Source: an uncultured Muribaculaceae bacterium
GTDB taxonomy: Bacteria > Bacteroidota > Bacteroidia > Bacteroidales > Muribaculaceae
Direction: 5' to 3'
Length of the DNA stretch: 60,409 bases
Assembly: GCA_910589095.1 (NCBI GenBank)
Contig: CAJUSN010000001.1
Coordinates: 1 to 60,409 of the forward strand
Part shown: positions 38,190 to 48,260 of the stretch, in pieces
How positions within the stretch are numbered: position 1 is the first letter of the stretch
How the letters are laid out: every line of letters starts with the position of its first letter
Program-made: the position numbers and the translations under genes
Notes under the pieces: model-generated
The model's input: the letters and a program-made list of their open reading frames with translations, nothing else
Databases searched by the model: none
Told to the model about the DNA's origin: nothing

Positions 38190-39233
38190 TTATTTTGTTG
38201 AGAATTTGAATTCAATTGTTTCGCTGTAAAGCTCGCCGGGATAAAGCTGCTGGGAGGGGAAGTCCGTATGATTGGGAGCATCAGGCATTCCCTGACATTC
38301 TATGGCCACGCCGTCATAGTCATTATATGAGCGGCCTTCCGGATTTTTAGGCGAGCCGGCCAGCCAGTTGCCGGTATAAACCTGCACCGCAGGCTGCGTG
38401 GTGGCCACTTCAAGCACTCGTCCTGAATGAGGTGCCTCCAGCACTGCCACAGTTTTGAGTGCGCCGCGGCAAAAATCGTCCACCACCCAGCAATTGTCAT
38501 ATCCTTTGCCGTACTCAAGAGCTGCGAATGGCTCTTTAATATCGCGTCCAATCTGTTTTGACTCGGTGAAATCCATGGGGGTACCCTCCACCGGAGCCAT
38601 CTCGCCGGTAGGGATTAGCGTATCATCTGTAGGCAGATAGCGTGAGGCTGCCAGATAGAGCTTGTGGTCAAGTACCGATCCGGCATTCTGACCTTCCAGA
38701 TTCCAATAAGAGTGATTAGTGAGGTTCACCACTGTCGGGGCGTCGGTCTGCGCCGTGAGTTCAAGTGTAAGGGTGTCGGCGTCGCTCCATGTATAAGCAG
38801 CTTCCACTTCAAGAGTTCCAGGATAGTTCTCTTCACCCGCAGGACTTGTACGATAGAAAATCACAGTGTCACCCTCAATGCGTGAATTCCAGATTCTGTT
38901 CTGAAAACCGGTAGGACCACCATGAAGAGCATTTGGCCCGTTGTTGATAGCCAGTTGATAATCCTTCCCGTCAACACGCAGACGACCCTTTGCTATGCGG
39001 TTAGCATAGCGTCCGGGGACCTTGCCGGCGCAAGGACCGTCGGCCATATAATCGGCAGGATCGGCATAACCGAGTGCCACATTTTCCAACTTGCCTTCGG
39101 CATCGGGAACCTCGACGCTCACAACACCCGCGCCAAGCGATGACAGGGTTACTTTTGAGCCATATACGTTGGTAAGCGTGTAAAGCGTGATGTCGCCATG
39201 GGCCGAAGCCACTGTTTTCTTTTCTATCTTCAT
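38190..39233 (-). CDS. galM: aldose 1-epimerase (galactose mutarotase)
   Basis: GRYANRI, LHGG, NLTNHSYWNL and GYDN motifs. Confidence 0.92.
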   Translation of the reverse strand: MKIEKKTVASAHGDITLYTLTNVYGSKVTLSSLGAGVVSVEVPDAEGKLENVALGYADPADYMADGPCAGKVPGRYANRIAKGRLRVDGKDYQLAINNGPNALHGGPTGFQNRIWNSRIEGDTVIFYRTSPAGEENYPGTLEVEAAYTWSDADTLTLELTAQTDAPTVVNLTNHSYWNLEGQNAGSVLDHKLYLAASRYLPTDDTLIPTGEMAPVEGTPMDFTESKQIGRDIKEPFAALEYGKGYDNCWVVDDFCRGALKTVAVLEAPHSGRVLEVATTQPAVQVYTGNWLAGSPKNPEGRSYNDYDGVAIECQGMPDAPNHTDFPSQQLYPGELYSETIEFKFSTK

Positions 39234-39372
39234 GGTTATATTGCTGGTTAAGTTAAGGAAGCCGTAAATTGCATCCTCTTGCAAACTTACTTATTTTTTT
39301 GTTAATGACAGCCATCCTGCGCAAAAAAATTTGATTCTTTGCATGGATAGTCCCATCTGTTGCATCATAGGG

Positions 39373-39744
39373 TTACCAGGTAATGCAAGCTGATGCGCCC
39401 GCAAGCTGCACACCTGGAATGGGTGGTGACAGTTTGGTCACCTGCACCATACCTCCGTCACACTCCGGATAACGCTCCAACAGAGCATCCCGTAGACGTC
39501 CGCACACATGCTCGATCAGCCGCGACGGAGTGGCCATTACAGCCTTGATAACATCCACGATTTCGGCATAATTCACCGTTTCACTCAGTTCATCGCTGTG
39601 TGCAGCCCGGAGAGCGGGAGGATAGGAGAGCCGAACGGTCACTTCAAACTCATTCCCCACAGTTCGTTCCTGCTCCAAAACGCCATGACAGGCCCGCAAA
39701 TGGAGCCTGTCAATGGTTATCACTATAGTTTCTTTATCCAACAT
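39373..39744 (-). CDS. folB: dihydroneopterin aldolase
   Basis: HGVLEQERTVGNEF, TVNYAE and KLSPP motifs. Confidence 0.88.
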   Translation of the reverse strand: MLDKETIVITIDRLHLRACHGVLEQERTVGNEFEVTVRLSYPPALRAAHSDELSETVNYAEIVDVIKAVMATPSRLIEHVCGRLRDALLERYPECDGGMVQVTKLSPPIPGVQLAGASACITW

Positions 39745-39752
39745 ATTGGAGA

Positions 39753-42023
39753 TTACTGGCGCCGTGAGCGCGCACGGCTGCGAGTTTTCTGTTTAGGATT
39801 GTTTTTCTTACCTTGACGTACAGCCTGACGGGCCGATACCTTATAACCGAGATCATCCTCGCCGGGACCGTGTCCGCGGTCATCCACAAGAAGGAAGTCA
39901 AGCTGCTTGCGCTCGAGATTGGCACGCGCCACCTTGACTTTCACATTGTCGCCAAGACGATAACGCACGCCGCGACGGCGCCCTACAAGGCAATAGTTCT
40001 TCTCATCAAAGTCATAGTAGTCGTCGGCCAGATCGCGCACAGGCACCAAGCCCTCACATAGGTTTTCGTTGATCTCCACATAGAGGCCCCATTCGGTCAC
40101 TCCGGAAATCACGCCCTCATAGGTTTCGCCCATGTGATCACCCATGAATTCCACCTGCTTATATTTTATTGAGGCTCGTTCGGCGTTGGCTGCCAGCTGC
40201 TCCATATCCGAGGAATGTTTGCATTGATCCTCAAGCTTGGCTTGATTCACTGACCGACCTCCGTCAAGATAACGTGCCAACAGACGGTGAACCATCATAT
40301 CCGGGAATCGGCGGATGGGAGAAGTGAAATGTGTATAATATTCGAATCCAAGTCCATAGTGGCCCACATTGGTGGTGGAATACACAGCCTTGGCCATCGA
40401 ACGTATGGCCAGTGTGGAAAGGAAGTTTTCTTCTCCACGGCCCTTCACATCGGCGAGCATGCGGTTGATTGACCGGTTCACATCCTTCGACGATCCGGTT
40501 TCCTTTACCTTATAGCCAAACGTACGTGCAATCTTGGAAAGATCGGCCAATTTGCCGGGATCAGGCATGTCATGAATACGGTAAACAAAAGCCTTCGGGC
40601 GCTTGTGATTGGCCGGTTTGCCAATGGCCCGAGCCACAGTCTTGTTAGCCAACAGCATAAACTCCTCAATGAGTTTGTTTGCTTCCTTCGACTCTTTGAA
40701 ATACACACTTACGGGATGCCCGGCTTCATCTATCTCAAAGCGAACCTCGGCTCGGTCAAACTCTACCGATCCGTTTTCGTAACGTTCCTTGCGAAGAATC
40801 TGCGCCAGTGAATTAAGCGTGAGAATCTCCTTCGAATAATCTCCCACTCCGGTTTCAATCACCTGTTGCGCCTCTTCATAAGTAAAGCGTCGGTTGGACC
40901 GTATCACCGTGCGGCATATATCATGGTTCAGCACCTTCCCTCGCTCATCCATCTCGAAAATACATGAGAATGTGAGCTTATCCTCATCCGGACGAAGGGA
41001 GCAAATTCCATTTGACAAGTGTTCAGGCAGCATAGGCACCACTCGGTCAACAAGATACACCGAAGTTGCCCTCTTCTGCGCTTCACGGTCAAGAATGGTA
41101 TCAGGTTGCACATAGTGCGTCACATCCGCAATGTGAACCCCAATTTCGTAATTCCCGTTGGGCAAGGTGCGGATTGAAAGTGCGTCATCAAAGTCCTTCG
41201 CATCGCGGGGGTCGATGGTGAACGTGGTCACCGGACGCATATCGCGGCGCCGTGCCACCTCTTCGTCCGTAATGCCGGCCCCTATCTTTTCTGCAGCTGC
41301 ATTTACATTCTCTGGATAGTGATATGGCAGACCGAATTCCGCTAAAATGGCGTGCATTTCCGCATTGTTTTCGCCAGTCTTGCCAAGCACATCCACCACT
41401 TCACCTCGCGGATTCTTATCATCCTCAGGCCAGGATGTGATGCGCACTATGGCTTTATCACCCTGCTTGCCTCCACGCAACTTGGCACGCGGTATGATAA
41501 TATCGTTGGCCAGGAACTTCGAGTCGGTTTCCAGATAAGCCATCTGACGGTCAACATGTAGTGTCCCTATAAAAGTCTGGTCCTTCTCTTCAATGATCTC
41601 TATCACTTGTGCCTCAGGTTCCACGCCACGTCGGCGAGCAGCTATGTTTATGCGCACACGGTCGCCATTGAGCGCGTGCATCGAATTGCGTTCGGCAACT
41701 GAAATCGTTTCCCCGTCCGTATCAGTGATAACGGAATTCTTTCCGTTGGCTCGGCGCACGAACGTACCGGTGGTGACATTGTTGCGCTGCGGCGATTTGT
41801 ACTTGCCCGGTGACACTTCTATCAGATCACCGTCAAACGCCAGTTCAGCAAGCATCATGGCCACTGCCTTCTGTGCTGAAGCTGTGGTGGCGTCTATCGC
41901 AAACGACGCCTGTTTGTAATTGAATGTGGCCGAACCTTGCCCGGCTATATATTCAAGAACTTCCCCGCGGAGGTCTTTTGTTTTTACGCGGCGCGAGGAG
42001 GGGTTTGTTGTTTTCTTGGTCAT
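39753..42023 (-). CDS. rnr: ribonuclease R
   Basis: TIDPRDAKDFDDA, LIEEFMLLAN and HFTSPIRR motifs; C-terminal S1 domain and basic tail. Confidence 0.95.
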   Translation of the reverse strand: MTKKTTNPSSRRVKTKDLRGEVLEYIAGQGSATFNYKQASFAIDATTASAQKAVAMMLAELAFDGDLIEVSPGKYKSPQRNNVTTGTFVRRANGKNSVITDTDGETISVAERNSMHALNGDRVRINIAARRRGVEPEAQVIEIIEEKDQTFIGTLHVDRQMAYLETDSKFLANDIIIPRAKLRGGKQGDKAIVRITSWPEDDKNPRGEVVDVLGKTGENNAEMHAILAEFGLPYHYPENVNAAAEKIGAGITDEEVARRRDMRPVTTFTIDPRDAKDFDDALSIRTLPNGNYEIGVHIADVTHYVQPDTILDREAQKRATSVYLVDRVVPMLPEHLSNGICSLRPDEDKLTFSCIFEMDERGKVLNHDICRTVIRSNRRFTYEEAQQVIETGVGDYSKEILTLNSLAQILRKERYENGSVEFDRAEVRFEIDEAGHPVSVYFKESKEANKLIEEFMLLANKTVARAIGKPANHKRPKAFVYRIHDMPDPGKLADLSKIARTFGYKVKETGSSKDVNRSINRMLADVKGRGEENFLSTLAIRSMAKAVYSTTNVGHYGLGFEYYTHFTSPIRRFPDMMVHRLLARYLDGGRSVNQAKLEDQCKHSSDMEQLAANAERASIKYKQVEFMGDHMGETYEGVISGVTEWGLYVEINENLCEGLVPVRDLADDYYDFDEKNYCLVGRRRGVRYRLGDNVKVKVARANLERKQLDFLLVDDRGHGPGEDDLGYKVSARQAVRQGKKNNPKQKTRSRARSRRQ

Positions 42024-42169
42024 GAGTCTTAAAACTTGTTTAATAATTGTTTTTATTCTCCGGACTATACTTTGAATTTGAAGTAATGTAAACTTTTTTC
42101 GTAAACAGTTTTGAAATCACTTCTTATTTATTATTAACGTCCGGAAGCCGCGGTGTGTTTTTACGTGAA

Positions 42170-42214
42170 CTCCGGGAAAGCCCCACCCCTCCTTGGGATG
42201 GACTTTGCCCGGAG
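42170..42214 (-). terminator. hairpin downstream of gyrB
   Basis: CTCCGGG..AAAG / CTTT..CCCGGAG imperfect stem. Confidence 0.5.
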
Positions 42215-42231
42215 ATCATTATGTGACGTGA

Positions 42232-44160
42232 TTACGCGTCGATGTTGGCGTAATTCGCGTTGGACTCAATGAAGTCGCGACGCGGTGCCACATCTTCGCC
42301 CATGAGCATGGAGAAGATACGGTCTGCCTCAGCTGCATCGCTGATTTTCACCTGTTTGAGCAATCGCTGATCAGGAGCCATGGTAGTGTCACGCAATTCC
42401 TGCGCGCTCATCTCACCAAGACCTTTGTAGCGTTGCACCTTAGTCTTGTCACCATATTTCATAATGAACTGCTGCACTTGCTGATCAGTCCAGCAATATT
42501 CTTCATTTTTGCCACGGGTACACTTATAGAGCGGCGGGGTGGCCAGATACAGGTAACCCTGTTCTATAATGGGACGCATGCGGCGGAAGAAGAATGTCAT
42601 CAGAAGGGTTGCAATGTGGGCGCCATCCACATCGGCATCGGTCATGATGATTATCTTGTGGTAAGCAAGCTTGGAGATATTCACTGCCTTGGGGTCGTCC
42701 TCGGTCCCGATTGAGACACGCATAGCGCGGAAAAGCGACGTGATTTCCTGATTGTCAAAAATCTTGTGGTCCATAGCTTTCTCCACATTCAAAATCTTAC
42801 CGCGGAGAGGAAGGATGGCTTGGAACTGACGGTCACGGCCCTGCTTGGCGGTACCGCCTGCAGAGTCTCCCTCCACAAGGAACAGCTCGCAATCCTCGGC
42901 ATGACGGCTGGAGCAGTCGGCAAGCTTTCCGGGCAGGCCACCTCCCGAAAGAGGCGATTTGCGAAGCACCTTGTCGCGGGCATTACGCGCTGCGTAGCGA
43001 GCTTTGGCCGCCAGAATCACTTTCTCGACAATCGTTTTAGCCTGCTTCGGGTGCTCCTCAAGATATGTTTTCAGAGCATCGCTGACAGCTGTCTGCACAG
43101 CTCCCATCACCTCGTTATTGCCAAGCTTCGTTTTGGTCTGACCCTCAAACTGAGGTTCCATCACCTTAACCGAAACCACAGCTGTGAGGCCCTCGCGGAA
43201 GTCATCGCTTGCCACTTCCACCTTCTCCTTCTCGAGCATCTTGTTTTCCTCGGCATATTTCTTGAGCGTGAAGGTAAGGCCGCGACGGAAACCGGTAAGG
43301 TGAGTACCACCCTCGATGGTGTTGATATTGTTTACAAAAGAATATACATTCTCATTGTACGAGGTGTTGTAGGTCAGGGCCACCTCAACAGGAATACCCT
43401 GGCGCTCGGTGTTAAGATGAATCACATCCTCGATGAGGGGTTCCTTATTGGAATCGATATACTGAACGAACTCCATCAACCCACGTTCTGAATAGAATGT
43501 TTCGCTTCGGGGTTCGCCCTCCTCGTTCACCTCGCGCATATCCTTCAGCGTCAAGGTTATCCCTGCATTTAGGAATGCAAGATCGCGAAGGCGGTTAGCA
43601 AGGGTATTGTAGTCATAAACCGTAACAGTGAAAATAGAATCATCAGGCTTGAAAGTGATCATAGTTCCGGTGTGATCGCTCTCGCCTACTATACGGAGGT
43701 CCGTTGTGGGCTTACCGCAGGAGTATTCCTGCACGTAGGCTTTCCCGTCGCGGTGAATCTCGGCGCGAAGGTAGGTCGACAACGCATTCACACACGAAAC
43801 GCCCACACCATGCAGACCGCCCGAAACCTTGTAACTGCCCTTATCGAACTTACCGCCCGCATGAAGCACAGTGAGCACAACCTCAAGCGCGCTCTTATGC
43901 TCCTTTTCGTGCATATCCACAGGGATACCGCGACCATTGTCTATAACCGTTATCGAATTGTCCTCATTGATGGTCACATCAATATGCGACGCGAAACCCG
44001 CAAGGGCCTCATCGATCGAGTTATCCACAACTTCATACACCAGGTGATGAAGTCCCTTTCCGGATATATCGCCTATATACATGGCCGGGCGCTTACGCAC
44101 GGCTTCAAGACCCTCCAGCACTTGAATATTACTCGCACTGTATTCTTCTTGTTCTGACAT
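42232..44160 (-). CDS. gyrB: DNA gyrase subunit B
   Basis: LEAVRKRPAMYIG, EGDSAGG, PLRGKILN, DADVDG and QRYKGLGEM motifs; -7 box at 44251-44258. Confidence 0.96.
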   Translation of the reverse strand: MSEQEEYSASNIQVLEGLEAVRKRPAMYIGDISGKGLHHLVYEVVDNSIDEALAGFASHIDVTINEDNSITVIDNGRGIPVDMHEKEHKSALEVVLTVLHAGGKFDKGSYKVSGGLHGVGVSCVNALSTYLRAEIHRDGKAYVQEYSCGKPTTDLRIVGESDHTGTMITFKPDDSIFTVTVYDYNTLANRLRDLAFLNAGITLTLKDMREVNEEGEPRSETFYSERGLMEFVQYIDSNKEPLIEDVIHLNTERQGIPVEVALTYNTSYNENVYSFVNNINTIEGGTHLTGFRRGLTFTLKKYAEENKMLEKEKVEVASDDFREGLTAVVSVKVMEPQFEGQTKTKLGNNEVMGAVQTAVSDALKTYLEEHPKQAKTIVEKVILAAKARYAARNARDKVLRKSPLSGGGLPGKLADCSSRHAEDCELFLVEGDSAGGTAKQGRDRQFQAILPLRGKILNVEKAMDHKIFDNQEITSLFRAMRVSIGTEDDPKAVNISKLAYHKIIIMTDADVDGAHIATLLMTFFFRRMRPIIEQGYLYLATPPLYKCTRGKNEEYCWTDQQVQQFIMKYGDKTKVQRYKGLGEMSAQELRDTTMAPDQRLLKQVKISDAAEADRIFSMLMGEDVAPRRDFIESNANYANIDA

Positions 44161-44439
44161 ATTATATTCTTTCTCGTTGATTCTTTTTGAGTTCAAAACC
44201 GCAGTCTGACACGGCATTTTTCCTTGCCGCGCACCTACGGAATCAGCAAACAAAATTACAAAAAAATCCTCGTTCTCGCAACATCGCAACGCCTTATTAT
44301 ATAGTTTTACACATCGCCACCACATCTTTTAACGAAAAATGCACGCTTTCGCTCCGCAAAAAATTGCGCATGTCATTGTGTATTATTACATTTGCCATAA
44401 CAATCTTTTTATCATCCCAATCATCAACAAATCTCAGCA

Positions 44440-44838
44440 ATGAAACACCTGCGAATTTTTCTTCTCGCTGCCGCTATGGCCGTCACTTCCACCCTCTATG
44501 CCATCTCTCCCTCTGCCGATGCGCAGCTAAACCGCATTTGCTCTGCCATCGAAACCATAGCATCGACCAATGGAATAGACCTGAAAGTTTCAGGCTCCAT
44601 ATCTGAAACCACCCTCTCAATCCTTGCCGAAATGACCGATGAAGATGACAGCATTGACTACATAGCCGGATACGTTTCCCGCCCAGCGGCATTGACCATG
44701 CTGGCTCCGGTATTCGCCCCCATCCTGGCTGCCAACGAAGACATCCAAGATGTATCCGTAAAACTCACCGACCTCAACGAGCAATTCATGGACTATAAGT
44801 TCACGTCCGGAGAGATCCTTGATTACTATAACCGCTGA
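44440..44838 (+). CDS. secreted hypothetical protein (one-domain member of the tandem family)
   Basis: Signal peptide; TACATTTG box at 44387-44394. Confidence 0.7.
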   Translation: MKHLRIFLLAAAMAVTSTLYAISPSADAQLNRICSAIETIASTNGIDLKVSGSISETTLSILAEMTDEDDSIDYIAGYVSRPAALTMLAPVFAPILAANEDIQDVSVKLTDLNEQFMDYKFTSGEILDYYNR

Positions 44839-44860
44839 CGCACACCCCAAAGCACAACAC

Positions 44861-46003
44861 ATGAAAAGAATAGTCGCACTTATCATTCCCCTCTGCTTTC
44901 TCATCTCCTTGAAAGCCAACATCCCTTTTGACCCTTCAACGTTATCACGCGAAGAAGCTGTAAACTTCGTCGACATGCTGGTCAACATGATTGATAAGGA
45001 TGTCGCAGGCGAATTTAAAAAGCGGACCGGACAGACGGTTCATCTGAGTGTGGAGAACAATGTGATGTGCTACAACTTCCACCTCCCGGAATTTACATCC
45101 GAAGGGATGTCGCCTGAGCTCGCTCGTTTTTTCATAGCCATGAACCGCCCCGACGTTTCGCAAATTGAGGGTATAAAGGTTATGGCGTCACTCCTCGAAC
45201 AGGCTGATTACAATATCGGTTACCGCTACATAGGGCGCGATACCCTACAGGCCGTCATGTCGCCTCGGGAGTTTATCCGGTTGATAACCACTCCCGTCGA
45301 TCAGCTCGGTTTTGACTATTCCGAAATGCTCACACAACTGATAGCCAACTTCAACGCCTGCGCGCAACTCCCCGACATACAGCGAGAATTCAGCTCTTAC
45401 GAAACCGGCGTTGACGGAGCCTACATCACCATCCGTGGCGTCACCCGCGTACCCTCCCCCATGCTCAGCGATGAGACACTTGACACCAAAGTGCGCCAAA
45501 ACCTCTCCCACATGGTGCTGAAGGGGCCAAACTCATTCAGCGTCAAGGGCCTCATAAAAGCCGCCCGCGAACTGCGGATGAAAGGCATAAAATATGATCT
45601 CAGTGACCCCGAAGGCAACCAGCGGATAATCACCCTCTCGTGGGATGACATGAAACGTCTTGCCAACGAGGGTGCCGACCCTAACGACCCCGAGGAATCA
45701 CTATCCATGGTTGACCAATTTCTCACCAACGATATAGCCAAAATGAACGTAGCCGTCACCTTCAGCCACATCACCGAACCCACGCGACTACGGTTCATCC
45801 TAACCTACGACTATCCCTCAGCCCAATTCCAATCCATTGTCAACAACACCGGTGAGGACGCAATGATCACAACCTACGGCGAATTCCTCCGGCGCCTCCT
45901 GCCCAAAATGCCGGAGATCCAGACCATCACCTTCGAGATGACAAGCACTGCAGGCGACAGCCATATATACACCATGCAACGCTCACACTTCACCAACGAT
46001 TAA
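44861..46003 (+). CDS. secreted hypothetical protein (paralog of 46022-47236)
   Basis: Signal peptide MKRIVALIIPLCFLISLKA; shares motifs with the next gene. Confidence 0.75.
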   Translation: MKRIVALIIPLCFLISLKANIPFDPSTLSREEAVNFVDMLVNMIDKDVAGEFKKRTGQTVHLSVENNVMCYNFHLPEFTSEGMSPELARFFIAMNRPDVSQIEGIKVMASLLEQADYNIGYRYIGRDTLQAVMSPREFIRLITTPVDQLGFDYSEMLTQLIANFNACAQLPDIQREFSSYETGVDGAYITIRGVTRVPSPMLSDETLDTKVRQNLSHMVLKGPNSFSVKGLIKAARELRMKGIKYDLSDPEGNQRIITLSWDDMKRLANEGADPNDPEESLSMVDQFLTNDIAKMNVAVTFSHITEPTRLRFILTYDYPSAQFQSIVNNTGEDAMITTYGEFLRRLLPKMPEIQTITFEMTSTAGDSHIYTMQRSHFTND

Positions 46004-46021
46004 TTTGAACAACTACTTAAT

Positions 46022-47236
46022 ATGAACCGTCTCCCCTTATTGCTGCTCTCGTTCCTCATCTGCGTGGCCGCCGCGGCCTCCGACTCCACAATCAGCAAAC
46101 AGCAAGCACAAGCCATGCTTAAGCAGCTCGCAGAGGCCCTCTCGGGCGACAATGGGACGGATCTCGTGCGCAACAAAACCGGCATGGACATAGGACTGCA
46201 CGCCCACCTCGAGTCCGATACGCTCCACTTTTACGTCACCTACGATGACATAGACCCCGTATCCTCCGAAATGGCCAAAGTCATATTCGCCTCAAAGCGC
46301 ACTCCCTCCGAAAAATCAAACGCCGAAATGATGGCAAAGATACTCGAGGCGGCCGAGTGTGTGGTTTCATACCATTACGTTTATTCCGGCAACCAAACCA
46401 CCACCCTCACGCTAACCGGCGATGAAATTATTCGGCTGAAAAACCAACCGTTGGAACAACTCGGCTTCAATCGGCAACAGCTCATCGACGAACTCGTCGG
46501 GTGCTTCAACCAAGGCTTCAGCGAGGAACTTCAAAGTGATGAGACACTGCTCGGCGGTGGGGCACGCCTCAACGGCAAATTCATCACCCTCGCCTACAAA
46601 TTCGCCACCTCTCAGAGCTTCCTGTCAGATGAAACCGCCACCGGTGCGAAACAAATGCTCCTCAACAGCCTCATTAGCGAATTTGGGCCATCGGCCAACA
46701 CCCTCCTCACCCAGACAGCCCAAACCGGCGATTTTCTCGGACTTAAAGGCCTGAAATTCGACTACAGCGACGTAACCGGCCGCCAGAAAGTGTTTGTCGT
46801 TTCCTGGCAAGAGCTTACAAAAGCCTTAGACGAATTTGACGCGCAATCATTCCCCCGAGAAGTAACCGAAGCGAGCCTCGAGGCAATAGATACTCAAATG
46901 AGCATCAACTTCGCCGATGAGGAAATACCCTGGACACAGACTCACCTTCTGACCACCGACACTCTCACCATCATCATCACATGCAACCAGAGCGAAACCG
47001 AATTTGATGAATATTTTGACATATTTACTCCCGACTTCATGCTCGACCTCTACGCCGAACCTCTCAAGATAGCTCTTGAGGATGTTCCGGAGGTTACATC
47101 CGTATTCATCATTCCAAGGATTAATGGCGAGGATATGATAAGGGTCACGCTTACCCGCGACGCCATTTTCAACTACGTGCCAGTTGAAAATGGCGATGCC
47201 CCCTACATGGACGAGGATGGGCACATCCACACATAG
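46022..47236 (+). CDS. secreted hypothetical protein (paralog of 44861-46003)
   Basis: Signal peptide; shared E.IRL...P..QLGF and KG.K.D.SD..G.Q......SW motifs. Confidence 0.75.
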   Translation: MNRLPLLLLSFLICVAAAASDSTISKQQAQAMLKQLAEALSGDNGTDLVRNKTGMDIGLHAHLESDTLHFYVTYDDIDPVSSEMAKVIFASKRTPSEKSNAEMMAKILEAAECVVSYHYVYSGNQTTTLTLTGDEIIRLKNQPLEQLGFNRQQLIDELVGCFNQGFSEELQSDETLLGGGARLNGKFITLAYKFATSQSFLSDETATGAKQMLLNSLISEFGPSANTLLTQTAQTGDFLGLKGLKFDYSDVTGRQKVFVVSWQELTKALDEFDAQSFPREVTEASLEAIDTQMSINFADEEIPWTQTHLLTTDTLTIIITCNQSETEFDEYFDIFTPDFMLDLYAEPLKIALEDVPEVTSVFIIPRINGEDMIRVTLTRDAIFNYVPVENGDAPYMDEDGHIHT

Positions 47237-47442
47237 AAATTCCAGACTCTCCGCCATTGCACAGAAAGGTCCGTTTCATCCCGCCTTTTCATTAACTCAT
47301 TTTAACACTCAATTTATAATTTTGAATTTCTGCAAATTGAAAAACCAAAACCGATTTCCACACCCTGTCCTCAAAAAAATAATTGCTGAAAAATTTGCAG
47401 GGAATCGAAAATGGGCGTAACTTTGCAGCGCAATAACCCAAA

Positions 47443-47517
47443 CGGGGTGTAGCTCAGCCCGGTTAGAGTACGCGTCTGGGGGGCGTGTGGTCGCAAGTTC
47501 GAATCTTGTCACCCCGA
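47443..47517 (+). tRNA. tRNA-Pro(GGG)
   Basis: CGGGGTG/CACCCCG acceptor stem, CT-GGG-GG anticodon loop, GTTCGAATC T-loop; TAACTTTG promoter at 47418-47425; CCA not encoded. Confidence 0.95.
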
Positions 47518-47520
47518 CTG

Positions 47521-47555
47521 AAAAGCACTGGAAATCAAAAATTTCCGGTGCTTTT
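47521..47555 (+). terminator. terminator after tRNA-Pro
   Basis: AAAAGCACTGGAAAT / ATTTCCGGTGCTTTT stem. Confidence 0.75.
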
Positions 47556-47672
47556 CTCTTTTAGAGTATATTCACTATGCTCCACCCGACAGGAACGGTT
47601 CACCTCCCCCCCGATCACACAATTAATTGGATTTGTCATGCATGAATCCGAAAAATGAAGTAAATTTGTTCC

Positions 47673-48239
47673 ATGAACAGCGAAAAAATCAAACGTCCCG
47701 AGATTTTAGGCAGTGAATACATAATTAAGCGACCGTGGCTCACAGCCCGCCGCGACCGCCTGCTCATGCCTAACGGAAACATAAATCCCGAATTTTACGT
47801 CCTGGAATACCCCTCTTGGGTCAACGTCATCGCCATTACACCCGACGACCGTTTCGTTATGGTGCGACAGTACCGCCACGGCCTCGGAATCATATCCACC
47901 GAACTGTGCGCAGGTGTGGTGGAACAAGGCGAGGAACCAATCGACGCTGCCAAGCGAGAACTCCTGGAGGAAACCGGATACTCCGGCGGCGAGTGGCAGC
48001 TACAATGCGTAATTTCGGGCAACCCTTCCACCACCAACAATCTCACTTATTGTTTCCTTGCAATAGGCGTCACACAAACATCCAGCCAGCATCTCGACGC
48101 CACCGAGGACATTCAGGTCCTGACACTAACCCGCGAGCAGCTCCTCCACTTGCTTGAAAACGATGAGATGAAACAGTCGCTCATGCTTGCTCCGCTCTGG
48201 AGATATTTCTACCATCTCGCCACCGGAGCGGCAAAATAA
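47673..48239 (+). CDS. NUDIX hydrolase (ADP-ribose pyrophosphatase-like)
   Basis: Nudix box AGVVEQGEEPIDAAKRELLEETGY. Confidence 0.92.
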   Translation: MNSEKIKRPEILGSEYIIKRPWLTARRDRLLMPNGNINPEFYVLEYPSWVNVIAITPDDRFVMVRQYRHGLGIISTELCAGVVEQGEEPIDAAKRELLEETGYSGGEWQLQCVISGNPSTTNNLTYCFLAIGVTQTSSQHLDATEDIQVLTLTREQLLHLLENDEMKQSLMLAPLWRYFYHLATGAAK

Positions 48240-48260
48240 CCCCTCTCCCCCCTTACCGTC

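Noticed and set aside
47583..47590. CACCCGAC resembling the tRNA-Pro 3' end (possible att scar)
   Set aside because: Only 8 bp, no integrase or island nearby; chance match is likely.
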